A stretch of 63,518 bases of DNA, the filler included, from Octopus bimaculoides (lineage: Eukaryota): assembly GCF_001194135.2 (NCBI RefSeq). It is 6 parts of 4 records of this genome, joined end to end, with 100 filler letters (N's around TTAATTAATTAA, not from the genome) between each part and the next. Parts side by side here need not be neighbours in the genome. Positions count along the whole stretch, not along the records: positions 1 to 2,768 come from NC_069005.1; positions 2,869 to 26,131 come from NC_068981.1; 4 more parts are not named here. One strand, given 5' to 3'. Shown one piece after another: positions 1 to 12,835 of the stretch. The position numbers and the translations under genes are program-made. Under the pieces are notes generated by a model that made no database searches, was not told where the DNA came from, and saw only the letters and a program-made list of their open reading frames with translations. Each line of letters opens with the position of its first letter. Position 1 is the stretch's first letter.

Positions 1-168
1 GGACAACTAGAAAGAGCAGCTATGTCTCCCTCAAATCATACCTAGTGTCGAAAAAGGAATGGAAACGAAGGCACATTAGATAATGTGGTTCTAGATTCCA
101 ACCATCGCCGAAAAAAAAAATTGTAGAGTTACGGTTGGAATGCCGTGACCCTACAATCTATGATCAGA

Positions 169-595
169 GGCGCAGGCATGGCTGTGTGGTAAGTAACATG
201 CTTACCAACCACATGGTTCCGGGTTCAGTCCCACTGCGTGACACCTTGAGCAAGTGTCTTCTACTATAAGCCTCGGGTCGACCAAAGCCTTGTGAATGGA
301 TCTGGTAGACGGAAACTGAAAGAAGCCCATTCTGTGTGTATGTGTGTGCGTATATGTGTGTGCGCGGTGTGTGTGTGTGTGTGTGTGTTTGTGTGTGTAC
401 GCGCACGTGTCTGTGTTTATCCCCCACCATCGCTTTTTAACCGGCGTGGTTGTGTTTACGTATCCGAAACTTAGCGGTTCAGCAAAAGATTGACTGATGG
501 AGTAAGTACCAGGGTTGAATAATAATAAAAATGTACTGGGATCGATTCGTACGACTAAAAATTCTTCAAGACGTGCCACAGAATGGCCGCAAAGT
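169..595 (+). mobile_element. tRNA-derived SINE (main family in the window) with internal (TG)n
   Basis: A-box-like TGGCTGTGTGGT and B-box-like GGTTCAGTCCC, then ACCTTGAGCAAGTGTCTTCTACTATA, an internal microsatellite and a conserved 3' part. Many homologous copies occur in the window. Confidence 0.8.
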
Positions 596-914
596 TAGTT
601 TTATTTGACCAGGACACTGAACTAGGGCTAAAATACAACATCACATCTACTACTACTACTACTACTACTCTACTACTATTACTACAAGTATCGCTGCCAC
701 TTGACAACAGAGGAAACACCTCTAAGTGGTCATGTAGCCTGCTAGAAATAGACGCCAAATTCCCCCAAAATCACACCCTATTAGAAAAACGAGGGAAAAT
801 ACGTTTCCCAATTCAGTGTTTGATATACAAGGCGGGATGGTCACGTCTTCAAACATGTTTCTTTGATCAAAGGTCTGCTCGATCGAGGCTGACCTGACCT
901 GGGGTTAAACAACA

Positions 915-1352
915 ATGCCATGGACCACGAGAACAACTACTGCTATCACTGGCACCACCACCACAACCACTTCTCATCATCACCAACACTTCCATCACCA
1001 GTATCACAGCTACCAACACCACCACCACCACCACCACCATCACCACCACCACCACCACCATCACCACCACCACTACTACCACCACTACAGCTACTGCCAC
1101 TAACTCTACCCATCACCACAATTAGAACCAATACCAGTACTACCACCTATACGACTACAACTATCATCGCTGCCACCATCACCACTACTACTACCACTAC
1201 TACTACTACTACTGCTACCATCACTACTACTAGTACTATTACCACCACCACCACTACTACTATCACCACTTCTACCACCACCACCACCACCACCACTACT
1301 GCTGCTATTACTACTACTACTACCACCACCACCACCACCACCACTACTGCTG

Positions 1353-1386
<34 letters not shown>

Positions 1387-1612
1387 CACCACTGCCGCCG
1401 CCGCCGCCAGCGTCACCACAAACCATTGCAAACATCTCCGTAAGCACCACCGCTCCCACCACAACCACCATCACCCTAACNNNNNNNNNNNNNNNNNNNN
1501 NNNNNNNNNNNNNNNNNNNNNNNNNNNNNNNNNNNNNNNNNNNNNNNNATTACTATCACCATCACCACCACCACCACCACCACCACCACTATCTCTACCA
1601 TTTGCAACATGA
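915..1612. repeat. Compound (CAC)n/(TAC)n trinucleotide microsatellite
   Basis: Visible directly; it generates the poly-H/P/T/V ORFs in the track. Confidence 0.95.
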
Positions 1613-1879
1613 AACCAAAAACTAAGCTTCTACGTGATCACTTGACTCGCTAAAAATAACAGCCAAATCTCTCTTCAAATGCATTCTGCAACCATCTATA
1701 GCATAAAAAAAAGAGGGTGGGGGAACATTGGAAAATATGGGGCCTGGATCCTCAGTATATAGGGGAAAAAATTACTGGGATATATTTATGACGGATCTGC
1801 GCGTTCAGGGCTGGCCGGGAGCGAAACAACAACCCTCGCATTTTAAGTTTGACTAATTGTTCGAGTAGAAAGCGTGGAA

Positions 1880-2627
1880 AATCAGCGATAATGAAGCGTG
1901 TGTGAGCGTGTGTGTGTGTGCTCGCGCGCCCGAGCGTGCGAATGTCTATGTGTGTAGATACACATATATGTATGTATGTATGTTTATATATATATTGTGT
2001 GCGTAGGCATGTGTATATGTATGTTTGTATCTATGTATGTGCGTATGTATGTATGCATCTATGTATCGCTGTGCGTATGTATGTATGTGTGTATGTATCC
2101 CTGTATGTGATTTTTGTGTAAATTAACTGTATGTGTGTGTGTGTGTGTGTGTGTGTACTATTTGTACATGAAGAGCTGTTTGTGTATGTGTGTGTGTGTG
2201 TGAGTGCATGTGTGAGTGCTTCTAATTATTTATGTGGGTGTACAATTTACTATAGTATGCGTATAATTGTATAGGGGGTGTGAGAGTTGTGCGTGTATGT
2301 GCACTGTATGTATACTTGTGTGTATGCGGATGTGTCTGTGCATGTGAGTGTGTGTGCGTGTGTGTGTGTGTGTGGATGCGTTGCTGTGTATGTGCGTGTG
2401 GTGCTGTCAATAAGTGTGAATGTATGTACCGCTGTGTGAATGAGTGTAAACATTGCCGTATGTGCTACTATATGTACATTCATGTGTGTGTGTGTGTGTG
2501 TGTGCATATGCTGTTAAATGTCCAACTTTATGTATGTGTATTATGTATGAACTGCTATGTGTATATATATATATATATATACCGCCGTATATTGCTGCTG
2601 CGTGAATGTGTATGGACGTAATGCGTG

Positions 2628-2665
<38 letters not shown>
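1880..2665. repeat. Degenerate (TG)n/(ATGT)n low-complexity tract
   Basis: Visible directly. Confidence 0.9.
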
Positions 2666-2666
<1 letters not shown>

Positions 2667-2768
2667 ATTAGACTGTCCTCTTAACTGTACAGGTAAAATA
2701 CACCGGTCAACCTCCGGAGTGAGAGCCAGCCTTCTCCACCTCTACCATCACCACCTCCTTTTCCTCCC

Positions 2769-2868
2769 NNNNNNNNNNNNNNNNNNNNNNNNNNNNNNNN
2801 NNNNNNNNNNNNTTAATTAATTAANNNNNNNNNNNNNNNNNNNNNNNNNNNNNNNNNNNNNNNNNNNN
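2769..2868. other. Artificial assembly spacer (44 N + TTAATTAATTAA + 44 N)
   Basis: Exact 100-nt structure; the 12-mer has stops in all six frames. It recurs four more times. Confidence 0.95.
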
Positions 2869-2870
2869 AC

Positions 2871-3057
2871 CGTCGTCAATGAAGTTCCAGAGATGCCGCA
2901 GTCTCAGCGCATGTCTGCGCATCATTAACCACGGCATCCCCAGTCCTCCACGTAACGGTTGTTGACAGCAAATGGATCGCCTCACCATCGGAACGTCACC
3001 CTTCCACAGAAAGCGGAAAAGTATGCGTTCTAGTTTCGTGATGGTGGCATCGGGACA
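2871..3057 (-). mobile_element. Tx1/L1-clade non-LTR retrotransposon ORF2 fragment (post-RT region)
   Basis: Uninterrupted frame CPDATITKLERILFRFLWKGDVPMVRRSICCQQPLRGGLGMPWLMMRRHALRLRHLWNFIDD with the F-x-FLW-x-G...P-x-x-x-GGLG-x-P signature. CpG-rich and abuts (GATA)n. Confidence 0.75.
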
Positions 3058-3347
3058 AGTAGATAGATAGATAGATAGATAGATAAGTAGATAGATAGAT
3101 AAGTAGATAGATAGGTAGGCAGGCAGGCAGGCAGATCTGTGTGTATATGTGTCACAACTTATGACCTATGCTGGTAGGACTATTCTTTGGTACATGTTAT
3201 GTAAAGTTAATAACTGAGACTAGTAGAAACAGATGTAAAGTGAGTTAGTCATGCTAATATGTAAAATTAGTCAACCAAGCTAATAAAATTACATTTTAGC
3301 TCATAGTGTATATAAAGTTAGTGATCCAGATAGCTCTGTGTTTATGT

Positions 3348-3410
<63 letters not shown>

Positions 3411-5210
3411 CACACGCATAGACACACACACACATGTGAGTGAGAGAGCTGTGTGTATGTGTGCTCACATATATGCACATGTTGTGACCATAAATTGAAT
3501 TGACACCATATTGACTCCATAAACTTTTAATCGAAATATGCTTACATAAAAGGATGTAAAATGAGCCAATGAGAGAGATTCTGTGCTGTCGTTTGGCTGG
3601 TTAGAAATAGCTGCCAAATTTCCTTTAAATGACACCTTTCTTATCAAAGAATGATGCATTAGATAATCTATTGACAGGTAGAGACACTTGATGAATGGGT
3701 TGGAATTAGGTTGCTCAGCCTGTTAGAAACAGCTGCTAACATCACTCAAATTACTCACTAATAGCTGAGGAAAGAACATTTTGGATAATGTGGTCCCAAT
3801 TTCCTTGCATTTAGGGAAAAAGATGTGGTTAGTCACAGTTGGATTGCTTTGACTCATACATCTGCTCATTTAGGCTGAACAACAATAACTACTACTAACC
3901 AAACGGTTTTAATGAGGTCCTCTAATTTGATCACCAAGGAGAGAAATGATCATTAATGCAGAAGGGAATCCAAAGTAGATTTCAAAATTTTTGTTAGAGA
4001 TAGAGAAGACTGGACCTAGTAACAAATAGATGTTTAACTGCCACAGAATCTTTGTGCAATAGCTATTTCTATGGATCCCCTGTATGATAACTGAAATCAT
4101 TTGTATTCTTACTTTCACAGTAACAATGTTAGTAACTTCACTGGATAGCAACATTTATGAATTATTTTATTGCTGGTTGTTATTAGTCTCAGGTCAGCCA
4201 CAATCAAGCTGACATATGATTAAAAGTATATAATCGATGTCTTTGCTCTTTATTGATCCCTTCTTTCCCTATGGAGCACAGGCTATTGATGACTTTTTTT
4301 CACTGTCCTCAACCCAGATCATATTGGTTTTCAGCTGCCGTTGGCATTTCTATGGTGTTGCTTTTTTCTAGGTAGGGATGTTGCCCTTCAACAAAACCAT
4401 TTTTACCTCTGGGGAATGGTGATCCATGTTACTCTGGCCTCTTTCCTTTGATCTGACCAGTATGGGAATGGGAACTCCTAGGAGAAGCTTACACTTCACT
4501 GGCAGTGGAGGAGCTTATACAAGCCACTGTACCACAATAGTTGGACTTTGTAATGGATAGGACCTCAGCAATTTTTTTTTGTTTTCAAGCATTTCATTAT
4601 CCTGCAGGGATGATATATTAAAAAAAGATATGAAGCTGTTATTTCTAGTATTTCAGCAGACCGTATAGAAGCTCACTTATCCAGAGATGGATTTAAGTCA
4701 ACATCCATTAGATTAAAAACTCGAGTGAATGAAGTATTGGGCTGTCAGCTCTTCATTTGTGTATTCAAATATACTGCTGGTATTTCATATTGCCACTTTA
4801 ATGTGTATTCTTCACTTCACCTAGTTACCAAGAATAGGAAGTAGAACATCTGGGAGTGTTACCTGAAAAATTTGAAGTGACCTATTTCACATCTATTTCA
4901 TGCCATGAAACCAGAGCTAAGTGTTAGTTTTCATTGGCTGAGTAAGTATTTACTTTACTGTACTCTTTACCACGACCCCACAAAATCCTCATCAATCATA
5001 CACCAATAATTCCACACATTTGACAACACAAAAACTTTCTGTAAACTGTACTTTGTCACACTGCCAAATCTGTGGAATATTGAGAGTTAATTGTCGTTGA
5101 CACTATCAACCACTTGTGGCTCTTAACGTTCAACAGTTCTCAACAAGTAACTAAATAAGTACACCCTCATAATTTGTATCATGATTATGTGTGCATATAT
5201 ATATACACAC

Positions 5211-5267
<57 letters not shown>

Positions 5268-5916
5268 NNNNNNNNNNNNNNNNNNNNNNNNNNNNNNNNN
5301 NNNNNNNNNNNNNNNNNNNNNNNNNNNNNNNNNNNNNNNNNNNNNNNNNNNNNNNNNNNNNNNNNNNNNNNNNNNNNNNNNNNNNNNNNNNNNNNNNNNN
5401 NNNNNNNNNNNNNNNNNNNNNNNNNNNNNNNNNNNNNNNNNNNNNNNNNNNNNNNNNNNNNNNNNNNNNNNNNNNNNNNNNNNNNNNNNNNNNNNNNNNN
5501 NNNNNNNNNNNNNNNNNNNNNNNNNNNNNNNNNNNNNNNNNNNNNNNNNNNNNNNNNNNNNNNNNNNNNNNNNNNNNNNNNNNNNNNNNNNNNNNNNNNN
5601 NNNNNNNNNNNNNNNNNNNNNNNNNNNNNNNNNNNNNNNNNNNNNNNNNNNNNNNNNNNNNNNNNNNNNNNNNNNNNNNNNNNNNNNNNNNNNNNNNNNN
5701 NNNNNNNNNNNNNNNNNNNNNNNNNNNNNNNNNNNNNNNNNNNNNNNNNNNNNNNNNNNNNNNNNNNNNNNNNNNNNNNNNNNNNNNNNNNNNNNNNNNN
5801 NNNNNNNNNNNNNNNNNNNNNNNNNATATATATATATATTTCTACCCTCATTAATAAATTTTATATATATACACACACACACACACATACACGCACACAC
5901 ACACTCACACACACAC

Positions 5917-6040
5917 ACGACGGGCTTCTTTCATTTTCCATCTACTAAATCCTACTCACAAGGCTTTGGTCAACCCAAAGCTGTAGTAAAAGACACTTGT
6001 CCAAGGTACCATTCAGTGGGACTGAACCTTGAACCATATT
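5917..6040 (-). mobile_element. SINE 5' half
   Basis: Reverse-complement homolog of 190-330 (GGGACTGAACC, GACACTTGTCCAAGG). Confidence 0.75.
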
Positions 6041-6997
6041 AGGAAATACACACATACATACAGACAGACAGACAGATATTAACAAAATATTTTATTGGAA
6101 TTAAATAGATGAATATGGTTTACAGTTCTAACTTCAAATCCTAATGCAGTCATCACTGCTATTTATTCTCTCTAATGTCTATAAAGTGTGTTTACAATAA
6201 ACTGCGATTGATTTTTTTCCTTTTCGTATGCCTCTCATTTTCTCAATTTTTGTTGTTTATCTTTATTTCTTGAGTCTTTTTTTTTTGTTTTGTTTTTTTG
6301 TTTTTTTCACAATGATTCCATATAAATAAGCCATTGTGTTTAGGAAAAAGAATCCATTACTGTTATTTTGATTTATTTATAATTTCATCCCTCAATTTTG
6401 TTTTGCACTCCTTATTCCATGGTTACTATCCAAGTGTTCATTGGAATGAATTAAGAAAGAAAAAACAAAATCTTTATCTTGTAGATTTTCTTAACAACAG
6501 CTTCCCCTCTCTTTTACCATGAAATTCTAGAATCATGATAGAGGATTCTACTTGACACCACTACCACCACCACCCTACAGCTGTGTTTTCTATGCAACCA
6601 CCCAATGTTTTTTTTATTCAATAATACTGAAGCTCTTAGAATACAAAAGGCTGTTTATCTCTATGCCTATATAATGATTTCTTTCTTGGGCTTGGAGGGG
6701 AAAAAATCTTATAAGTGAAAGGGACCAACTGAATGACTTAACCCCAATGTGCTATGGGTGCTTATTTACTCAGCTTTGGTGGGAAGAGAAAACAAAATAA
6801 ATGGCCATAACTAACTAGATCTGAACTCCTAATTTGTTACCATAAGGTTTGTATTACTGGGTTGTTGGCATCTAAGCTAGCATTATTGGTCGTGTATGAT
6901 TCTAAATAACCCATGCCAGCATGGGAAACTGATGTCAAAGGTGGATGATGATTATGATCGTGATGTATTAACAACAGAGGCAGTATTAATACCAAGA

Positions 6998-7268
6998 GGT
7001 AATATTTATTCCCACTTAAATGCGGATGTTCTGTTAGAACAAACAATACTGCAGTAGATGTCATTAGACAAACTCACATATTGGCTAGCAGTCAAGCATC
7101 CATCGTTGATGAGAGTAAGGAAGGTCAAAATCTCGTGATCTGGTGATGGTGGGTATTTATCTCCCCTGCTAGCACCAAAAGCCAATATGAGAGTTTCTCT
7201 CTTAGTATCTACCACAGTATAGTTTGTTCTAACAGAACATCCACATTTAAGTGGGGATAAATATCACC
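6998..7268. mobile_element. MITE-like element with ~62-bp terminal inverted repeats
   Basis: 6998-7059 is an imperfect reverse complement of 7207-7268 (shared ATATTTATxCCCACTTAAATGxGGATGTTCTGTTAGAACAAAC). Confidence 0.75.
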
Positions 7269-8939
7269 GCTCTAAATATATTGTGCTTCTGTAACAGTAT
7301 TTCAGTTGGCAAGAAACTGATGAATTCTCTTCTTCCTGACAACATAGAAAGAAATCTTCTTTAAGTTCAGTACTCTTTAGTTAGTTTCTTGTGTTCTTGA
7401 GCATCCACTTCCATTTCTATTAGGAGAAATCCTCCACATTTACCAATCTTCTAGCATCATTAGTCTCTACCTGTGGCTAAGTCAACAACTTCACTAAATC
7501 TAACATTGCATCCTCACTAAATAATGAGAATCCAGTCTCGATCCTTATTAATTTAAGAAACGTACAGTGTTCGTAAAGCACCGTTAGTGCTATAGATTTG
7601 GTAACTCATGTCTTGAGATTGAAAACTGTAACCAGCAGTATACTTGGGAACATAAAATGTTATCAATTATATTTAAGAAATCCCAAAGAGTAAAAGAGAG
7701 TCATGTGAGAGTGTTTGCATGTACTTCACAAGCCTGTTCACACACTGACATATGCCCTGCCCATCATCCCCCCACACATACACATACACTGCCCATCTGT
7801 CTGTCTGTTACACTTGCACAATATCTCAATATAAACCAACATGTGTATGTCTTCAATCAATCTGCTTAGAATAGTGACCAAATCTTTGTCAATTCATAAA
7901 GTACCACTTCAAAGAAGAAAGTATGCTCTTAATGATGTTGTCTTGGGATTCTTATCCCTAATTAAAAGGTGAGATGGTTTTAACTGGTGCACTTTCAATC
8001 ATAGACCTCCTGGATCTACACAACAACAATAACAATTACTATATCTATTTGCATATACATTATATATATATATATACTACACAANNNNNNNNNNNNNNNN
8101 NNNNNNNNNNNNNNNNNNNNNNNNNNNNNNNNNNNNNNNNNNNNNNNNNNNNNNNNNNNNNNNNNNNNNNNNNNNNNNNNNNNNNNNNNNNNNNNNNNNN
8201 NNNNNNNNNNNNNNNNNNNNNNNNNNNNNNNNNNNNNNNNNNNNNNNNNNNNNNNNNNNNNNNNNNNNNNNNNNNNNNNNNNNNNNNNNNNNNNNNNNNN
8301 NNATATATATATATATATATATATATAGATATATAGTAGAGACAATTGATATGGAAGATAGAGTATACTGGAATCTTTATTTATCACAAAAATAATTTTG
8401 ACACATCATGCACTGCTCCCTTGTGGGTGGAAAGCTATACAAATTCCAATGCACCCCACAGTACAGAAGCATCTCTTCAGGTGACATAACTCAGTTTCTC
8501 ATTACAGAAGTAACGTTTTGCTCTTAAGCTTAACTAGAACATGTTGATAGTAGTCAGATAAATAAAGTTTCCAGTATACTCTATCTTCGATATCAGTTGT
8601 TTCTACTATGCTGAACATGCACTGAGGAATTCCTAACATAGATCCAGCAACTATTGTGCAACTACCAGACACCAGGTGACCATAAACAGTGAACATGCTT
8701 TGTTAAAGTTAAATCTAAATCTTAGTTATAAATTTTATATATATATATATATCCAAATTTAGGGAATGGAGTAGATAAAATCCAGGCTACCTATGTTTCA
8801 TAGCTGGTAGAACCTTGGAAGTATTAATTACCCAAACAAGGGGTTATTACTATGAGGGGGTAAAATCCTTGGATCTTACCTTTATATACATGCATACATA
8901 CATACATAATTTCCTCGCTGAGGAAATGATAAGAAGCCA

Positions 8940-9270
8940 GGAGTTGTGGTGATTTGCTGTACTTGAGAAGATGCATCAAGCTAAGTAAAATCTCTGCCAT
9001 CCATACATACAGGCATGTCTTTAGAAATGCAGGTGCCACATGAAATGCACTTGTGCCAGTGCTGTGTAAATGCACCTGTGACAGTGGCACGTAAATAGCA
9101 CCCAGCACATTCTGTAAAGTGATTGGCATTAGGAAGGGCATAAAGCCATAGAAACCATGCCATAACAGACAATTGGAGTCTGTCCAGCTCCTGTCAAACC
9201 ATCCAATCCATGCCATCATGGAAAATGAATGTAAAACGATGATGAAAGTGATGATGATGATGATGATTTT
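8940..9270 (+). mobile_element. Dispersed SINE/LINE-tail family ending in (GAT)n
   Basis: Motif TGGCATTAGGAAGGGCAT...GCCATAGAAACCATGCC...CCATGCCAxCATGGAAA followed by (GAT)n. Homologs at about 6840-6960 (-), 10115-10310 (-) and 20275-20500 (+). Confidence 0.65.
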
Positions 9271-11078
9271 GTGGGGAGGTTAGAGGCCTACAAAAATGTA
9301 AGAGCGGTGATTACATATGATTGTGACAGAACAGTGCAAAATTAAATACTCTGTGTGCATGTTTTAAAAAGAAAAGTAGGGGAAGATATCAATTCCCATA
9401 CAATATGTTCCATAATATTTTACATTTTGGAATGGTGATTCCAGTGTTGGAATGGATGAGATCATCTAATCCATTAAATGCTTAAGATGCCAGCTGTGTT
9501 CCAGTAGAAACATCAGCAGATAAATAGATTTATTTAATTCATGGAGAGGAATTTTAGAATATCATGACATGATGAACTAAGCTCATTTTTCTTTTCCAGC
9601 ATTGAGGTCAGCTGGTGATAATGTGGGATTTTCTGTGAAGTAAAACCCAAAATACAATTAATTACAGCTGGCTTACAATAGAGGTCATATAATTTGCACA
9701 GAAAGAACAAACATGCATTGCTGCTATCAGTCATTGATTCAGTACTTGGAAAGATTATGCAGTCAATAAACCAAAACATAGAATGTTTAAAACTGACATG
9801 TAGAGAACTGATATTTTACTTAGTTGACCAACACACTCACACACATACATATACAAAAGCACATTCATATACATACACACACATGTTTATAGACAAGGAT
9901 ATATATACATTTAATATACAGACAAAGATGATTAATGTTGGTAGATTACTGATGGTTTGCAATGGCATAAATTAGAACCAGGATCGTAAATAGAATCAGC
10001 AGCAACTCTATCATCAACATCATCATCATCCTCATCACCGTCATTATCATCATCACCATCACCACCATCATTATCACCACCGTCATCATCATTATCATAC
10101 CTATGCTCATGTTCCGTACTAGCATCGGTCGGACAGTTTGACAGGATATAAGGAATCCAGGGATTGCACACATGTCTCAGTGTCTGCTTTTGCATGGTTT
10201 CTACAGGGGGATGCCCTTCCTAATACCAACTACATTAAGTATGTACTGGGTGCATTTTTTTTCTCTTTTTATGCCACCAATACTAGAAGTGTTACTGTGC
10301 AGTTTGCATGACTACGAACACTGGGTGGGGAGATTTATGTTAGGAAATGAGGGGTTAAAGTATGAGAGAAGAGGGCCTCAACAGGTTTCTTGTTGTCAAA
10401 GAGCTATGTGACTATTTACATTTAAAAGAGAGTGAGTGAGAATGATTGGGTGGAGCGAGAAAGAAATAAAATAGTGAGGATGAAGTGTCTGAGTGGACCT
10501 TCAAGATATGAGGTGAGTAGTGAGTAGAAGTGAGTGCAGACAGCAAAAACGATGTTTGTTTGCAAGGATGGGGAATGGGTAAAGGGAGAGGAGGTAAGCA
10601 GCTTCCACAGTCATGCACTTCTGTTTTCAAATATTCATAAATACCTATGTTCAAGTTCTGCTACAGCCACTATGATGTGCTCATTTCAAGCTGCTTGTCT
10701 TTTTTTTTTTTTTCTCCCTTCTGCATTTCTCAGTATGTATTCTGTTTTAAGATGGTAGGTGAAATTTGAGGCAGGCTTGCCTGCAAATGAGCACTGGTTG
10801 AGTGACCACTATGTATTGCTGAGTAGAGGTCTCATTACACATAGTTGTTGTTTCTGGATCTTCCTAGTAAACTAAGATTATGCAGTTTATGACTCTGAGT
10901 TAGCTGACAAAAAGAAACATATGGTTGATATATCTTATCTTTGCTCTCTCCATGTTTTTTATGAGACATGCCTCTAAGATTAAGAAACTTTAAACATTTA
11001 GTGAGACTTTCAGTGGTAGGTCGACTGAATTGCTGGAATGAATAAGTCTAGTGGTTACATTGAAATTTTCAGCTATCT

Positions 11079-11122
<44 letters not shown>

Positions 11123-11139
11123 TGTGTCTGTGTGTGTGC

Positions 11140-11310
11140 ATGTGTGTGCTGCATGGCCAAATAGCTAAGCAGTTTTGTTTCACAATCACAAGATCTCAGG
11201 TTCAATTTAATTGCCTGGTATTTTGATTAAGTATCATGTATCACAGCCTTAGGTTGACTCAAGCCCTTTGATTGAGATTGGGTTGGCAGAAACTGTGTAG
11301 TAGCTTCTTG
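11140..11310 (+). mobile_element. Degenerate SINE 5' half
   Basis: Diverged homolog of the 169-330 head; another copy lies at 11810-11975 (-). Confidence 0.55.
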
Positions 11311-12464
11311 GATAAATTGTTCCAGTAATTCAAAGGTACAACCATGTCACAGCCATGTCCCCAGCCTCTGGCCCACAGGCACACTGTCCTCCTGTCAGCC
11401 TTTTTCACTACTACTATAATGGCTTCTACTCCTTGTCATTGCCACCTCTACTCAGGCATGAACCCCTCTCATCACCCTTGTGTCCAGTTCCTCTCAAAGC
11501 CTGCACTAGCCACTGCATCCAATTCTTCTTTCTAACCCTTTGGAACTCCCTACCTAATGTGTTTCCCACAGATGTTGACTTGCAATTCTTAATCAATCAC
11601 ATCACTCTCAGAGGACTTATGAAGTTCATAGGTAAACTCCATGCTCACTAAGAGAAAAAAAGAGTAGTACCACTGTGTCGTTTTGATTCTGCAAGTTACC
11701 TGGTGACCTCACTAATGCCAGTGGTTCCAAGAAAAGGAAAAAAAAACTCGTTGTTAAATGGGAGGGGCAGGGATAGAAACATAAGCAAAAAGACACTTAC
11801 ATTATATACATATATACGACAGACTTCCACACAGTATCCATCTACCAAAGTCAGTCACAAGGCATTGGTTGGCCTGGGGCCATAATATAAGACACTTGAT
11901 CAAGCTGTCGTTTAGTGAGACTAAACTCAGAGCTACATGGTTGCAAAGCAAGCTTCTTAGCCACATGTCCATGCCAGCACCTAACACCACACAGCCTAAT
12001 GAATATGACCATGGCTTGGCGGAATCATTAAAGCATCAGACAAAATGCCTTGAGGTAATTATTTCGACCCTTTGCATTCTGAGTGATTCTCAACCAGGGT
12101 CCATATGGCCCTTGGGGGTCCAGTTAAGATTTTGTTGTTAAAATTTATGTGCAATAGATTGCTCATACCTCTGGGATACACAAAATATTTTAATTTTTTT
12201 TTATACAATTCCTATCAATATTTAATTATAAAAATACAGCAGGATGATGTTTTTTATATACATCAAATGCCTATACAGGTCCCTCCAAGCAAAAAAGGAA
12301 TCAAAGGAGTTCATAGGCAAAAAATGGCTGAGAACCACTGATCTAGTCACTAAGCCCCACTCCCCTCCAAAATGGTTTGCCTTGTGCCTAAATTAGAAGC
12401 AATTATTTTTGATATTTTACTTTTCGTTTATTTATTTGTTTCTAATATTTTATGTGGAGACACA

Positions 12465-12835
12465 ATGGCCCAGTGGTTAGGGCAGCGGACTCGCGGTCAT
12501 AGGATCGCAGTTTCAATTCCCAGACCGGGCGTTATGAGAGTTTATTGAGCGAAAACACCTAAAGCTCCACGAGGCTCCGGCAGGGATGGTGGCGAGCCCT
12601 GCTGTACTCTTTCACCACAACTTTCTCTCACTCTTACTTCCTGTTTCTGTTGTGTCTGTAATTCAAAGGGTCAGCCTTGTCACACTGTGTCACGCTGAAT
12701 ATCCCTGAGAACTACGTTAAGGGTACACATGTCTGTGGAGTGCTCAGCCACTTGCACGTTAATTTCACGAGCAGGCTGTTCCGTTGATCGGATCAACTGG
12801 AACCCTCGACGTCGTAAGCAACGGAGTGCCAACAA
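12465..12835 (+). mobile_element. tRNA-derived SINE, second family, near full length
   Basis: A-box TGGCCCAGTGGTTAG, B-box-like GTTTCAATTCC and (CAA)n tail. The head is shared with 61530-61630 and the 3' body with 61970-62135. Confidence 0.8.

Noticed and set aside
2813-2824. Recurrent TTAATTAATTAA as a regulatory motif or CRISPR-like repeat
   Set aside because: It is always centred in exactly 44+44 Ns, so it is a synthetic spacer.
10737-10757. Plus-strand 21-nt candidate micro-exon after a strong pyrimidine tract
   Set aside because: It has no partner exons or homology and cannot be supported from sequence alone.
12465-12540. tRNA-like sequences (also 26321-26357, 61530-61600, 61826-61885) as tRNA genes
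   Set aside because: They have A/B boxes but no complete cloverleaf, and they run into repeat bodies or tails, so they are SINE heads.
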